Source: Candidatus Micrarchaeota archaeon
Lineage (GTDB): Archaea > Micrarchaeota > Micrarchaeia > Anstonellales > Bilamarchaeaceae
Length of the DNA: 27,634 bases
Direction: 5' to 3'
Assembly: GCA_041694885.1 (NCBI GenBank)
Contig: JBGFRX010000012.1
Location: 1 to 27,634 of the forward strand
The position numbers and the translations under genes are program-made. How positions within the stretch are numbered: position 1 is the first letter of the stretch; each line of letters begins with the position of its first letter. Positions 26,140-27,634 of the stretch are shown in pieces. The notes below the pieces were generated by a model. It worked only from the letters and a program-made list of their open reading frames with translations, was not told where the DNA came from and did no database searches.

Positions 26140-27207
26140 TCATCCCAACATCCCCGCGAACCTGTCGAACAAATATTTGGAATCGTGCGGGCCTGGAGTT
26201 GCTTCTGGATGGTACTGCACACAGAATATATTTCCATTGCTGTTTTCCATTCCCTCCACGCTCCCGTCATTGGCGCTTTTTTCAGTTATCTCGAAATTTC
26301 CCGGAATTTTTCCAACTGCGAACCCATGGTTCTGGGTAGTGATGCGCACTTTTTTGTCCTTAAGATTTATCACCGGGTGATTAACCCCCCGATGGCCGAA
26401 CTTGAGTTTATAGGTGTCTCCTCCGAATGCGTGCGAGATGAGCTGGTTGCCGAGGCATATCCCAAATATGGGATAATTTCTGAGCGAATTTATCACTTTG
26501 TGCGCGTGCGTCAAAATCGCGGGATTTCCCGGACCGTTGGAGAGCATTATTCCATCCGGCTCGAACGATTTTATTCTTTCGACTTCCTCGTACGCAGAAA
26601 CCACTATCACCTTCAGATTCCGCTTCGCAAGCTCATTTATTATGTTATGCTTTGCGCCGTAATCAATGAGCACCACTTTCTTCTTCCCTTCCTTGTTGTA
26701 AATTTCCGGCTGCTTTACGGTGATGTTCTTTATGAAATCGATGTTTCCGTAGTCGAATTTCATGCCCAAGAGAAGTTCCTTGATGTTGAGCTGCTTTTCG
26801 CTCACCGCGATTACAGCCGGCATCACGCCATAGGTGCGGATTTTGCGCACAAGGAAGCGCGTGTCTATCCCGTAAATTCCAGGCCTGTCGTGCTCCATGA
26901 GGAATTCGTCCAATGTTTTTACTGAATCCGCGTGCACGGGCTCTTCGCACAATTCCTTTATTGCGTAGCCCTCTGCATGGATTTTCCTGCTTTCGAACGA
27001 GTAGGAGCTTATGCCGTAGTTTCCTATCAGAGGATAGGTGGCGAGAACTATCTGACCTGCATAGCTCGGGTCGGTGAGGGACTCCTGGTAACCCTGCATC
27101 GCCGTGTTGAAAACAAGCTCACCCTGCCTTATGCAGGATGCGCCAAAGCCCTTTCCGGAAACCATCGTTCCGTCAGACAGAATAAGGGCTGCGTTTCTGC
27201 TTTGCAT
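26140..27207 (-). CDS. carA: Carbamoyl-phosphate synthase small (glutaminase) subunit
   Basis: GELVFNT..GYQESLTDPSYAGQ, LSNGPG.P, GICLG (catalytic Cys), KFGHRG.NHPV, QNHGFAV, QYHPEA.PGPHD. Confidence 0.98.
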   Translation of the reverse strand: MQSRNAALILSDGTMVSGKGFGASCIRQGELVFNTAMQGYQESLTDPSYAGQIVLATYPLIGNYGISSYSFESRKIHAEGYAIKELCEEPVHADSVKTLDEFLMEHDRPGIYGIDTRFLVRKIRTYGVMPAVIAVSEKQLNIKELLLGMKFDYGNIDFIKNITVKQPEIYNKEGKKKVVLIDYGAKHNIINELAKRNLKVIVVSAYEEVERIKSFEPDGIMLSNGPGNPAILTHAHKVINSLRNYPIFGICLGNQLISHAFGGDTYKLKFGHRGVNHPVINLKDKKVRITTQNHGFAVGKIPGNFEITEKSANDGSVEGMENSNGNIFCVQYHPEATPGPHDSKYLFDRFAGMLG

Positions 27208-27259
27208 AGAATCAGAATTGTAATTCCTGAAGAAAATTTAAAAAGGTGCGTTCGCATCC

Positions 27260-27297
27260 GTAAAAGTTCGGGGTTTTCCCATCCCGGCAATTTCGCG
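27260..27297. repeat. 38-bp dispersed intergenic motif, copy 3
   Basis: GTAAAAGTTCGGGGTTTTCCCATCCCGGCAATTTCGCG; 31/38 identical to 21910-21947. Confidence 0.8.
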
Positions 27298-27324
27298 GTT
27301 TAAAAAATTATCTTCTTGGCGTGG

Positions 27325-27600
27325 CTATATTCCAAGCGGCGGCTCGTTGTCCACTTCCATTACCCGAAATTCCTTTTTCCTTGAGCCAAAAATTTTTTTC
27401 AATTTCGAAAAGTCGGGGGAAATCTTGTCGAGGATGCCTTTTTTCTCATTTGCACCGTCTTGCTTCGCTGCAGGAGAATCGTAATCCAAAAGCCGGAACG
27501 CGACTTCTGCTCCGTACCAAATCGGTATTTTTGCCTTCTGAACATTTTCTGGTTTCGGCTTTTGTTCAATATTCGCTCTGGACTTGAATATTTTGAGCAT
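27325..27600 (-). CDS. Small Lys-rich hypothetical protein
   Basis: 91-aa ORF from ATG 27600 with a TATA-like box at 27623-27630 (leaderless geometry); no recognisable domain. Confidence 0.55.
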   Translation of the reverse strand: MLKIFKSRANIEQKPKPENVQKAKIPIWYGAEVAFRLLDYDSPAAKQDGANEKKGILDKISPDFSKLKKIFGSRKKEFRVMEVDNEPPLGI

Positions 27601-27634
27601 GAATTGAAAATGCTGCAAACAATTTAAATAGCTT

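Noticed and set aside
1..27634. Autonomous mobile element, provirus or rRNA
   Set aside because: No transposase, integrase, capsid, terminase or rRNA-like sequence was recognised.

Overview
Archaeal chromosomal window. The evidence is a group II chaperonin, topoisomerase VI A/B, TATA boxes about 25 nt upstream of several start codons and GGTGA-type Shine-Dalgarno sites. The gene styles suggest a DPANN archaeon, probably Micrarchaeota, which is inference only. The left ~7 kb is an accessory/defence hotspot: two AAA+ ATPases (AAA_14 + DUF4143 type), a conserved archaeal HTH regulator, a RelE-type toxin/antitoxin pair, and an AT-rich AbiEi/nucleotidyltransferase (type IV TA) cassette. That cassette is bracketed by identical 71-bp multi-hairpin direct repeats and preceded by a duplicated operator wrapped around TATA boxes. 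Positions 400-789 are a colinear, microhomology-collapsed copy of the 3.6-kb stretch 3161-6768. The middle holds the thermosome, a radical SAM/SPASM plus D-2-hydroxyacid dehydrogenase pair, and top6B-top6A. Next come two large uncharacterised envelope genes: a 1758-aa membrane protein with a C-terminal Zn ribbon, and an 850-aa Cys-rich lipoprotein with a lytic-transglycosylase (SLT)-like motif. The right end is carA, a divergent carbamoyltransferase and carB, flanked by copies of a 38-bp dispersed motif that also occurs in the TA island. All product calls come from motif recognition by eye; no searches were run.
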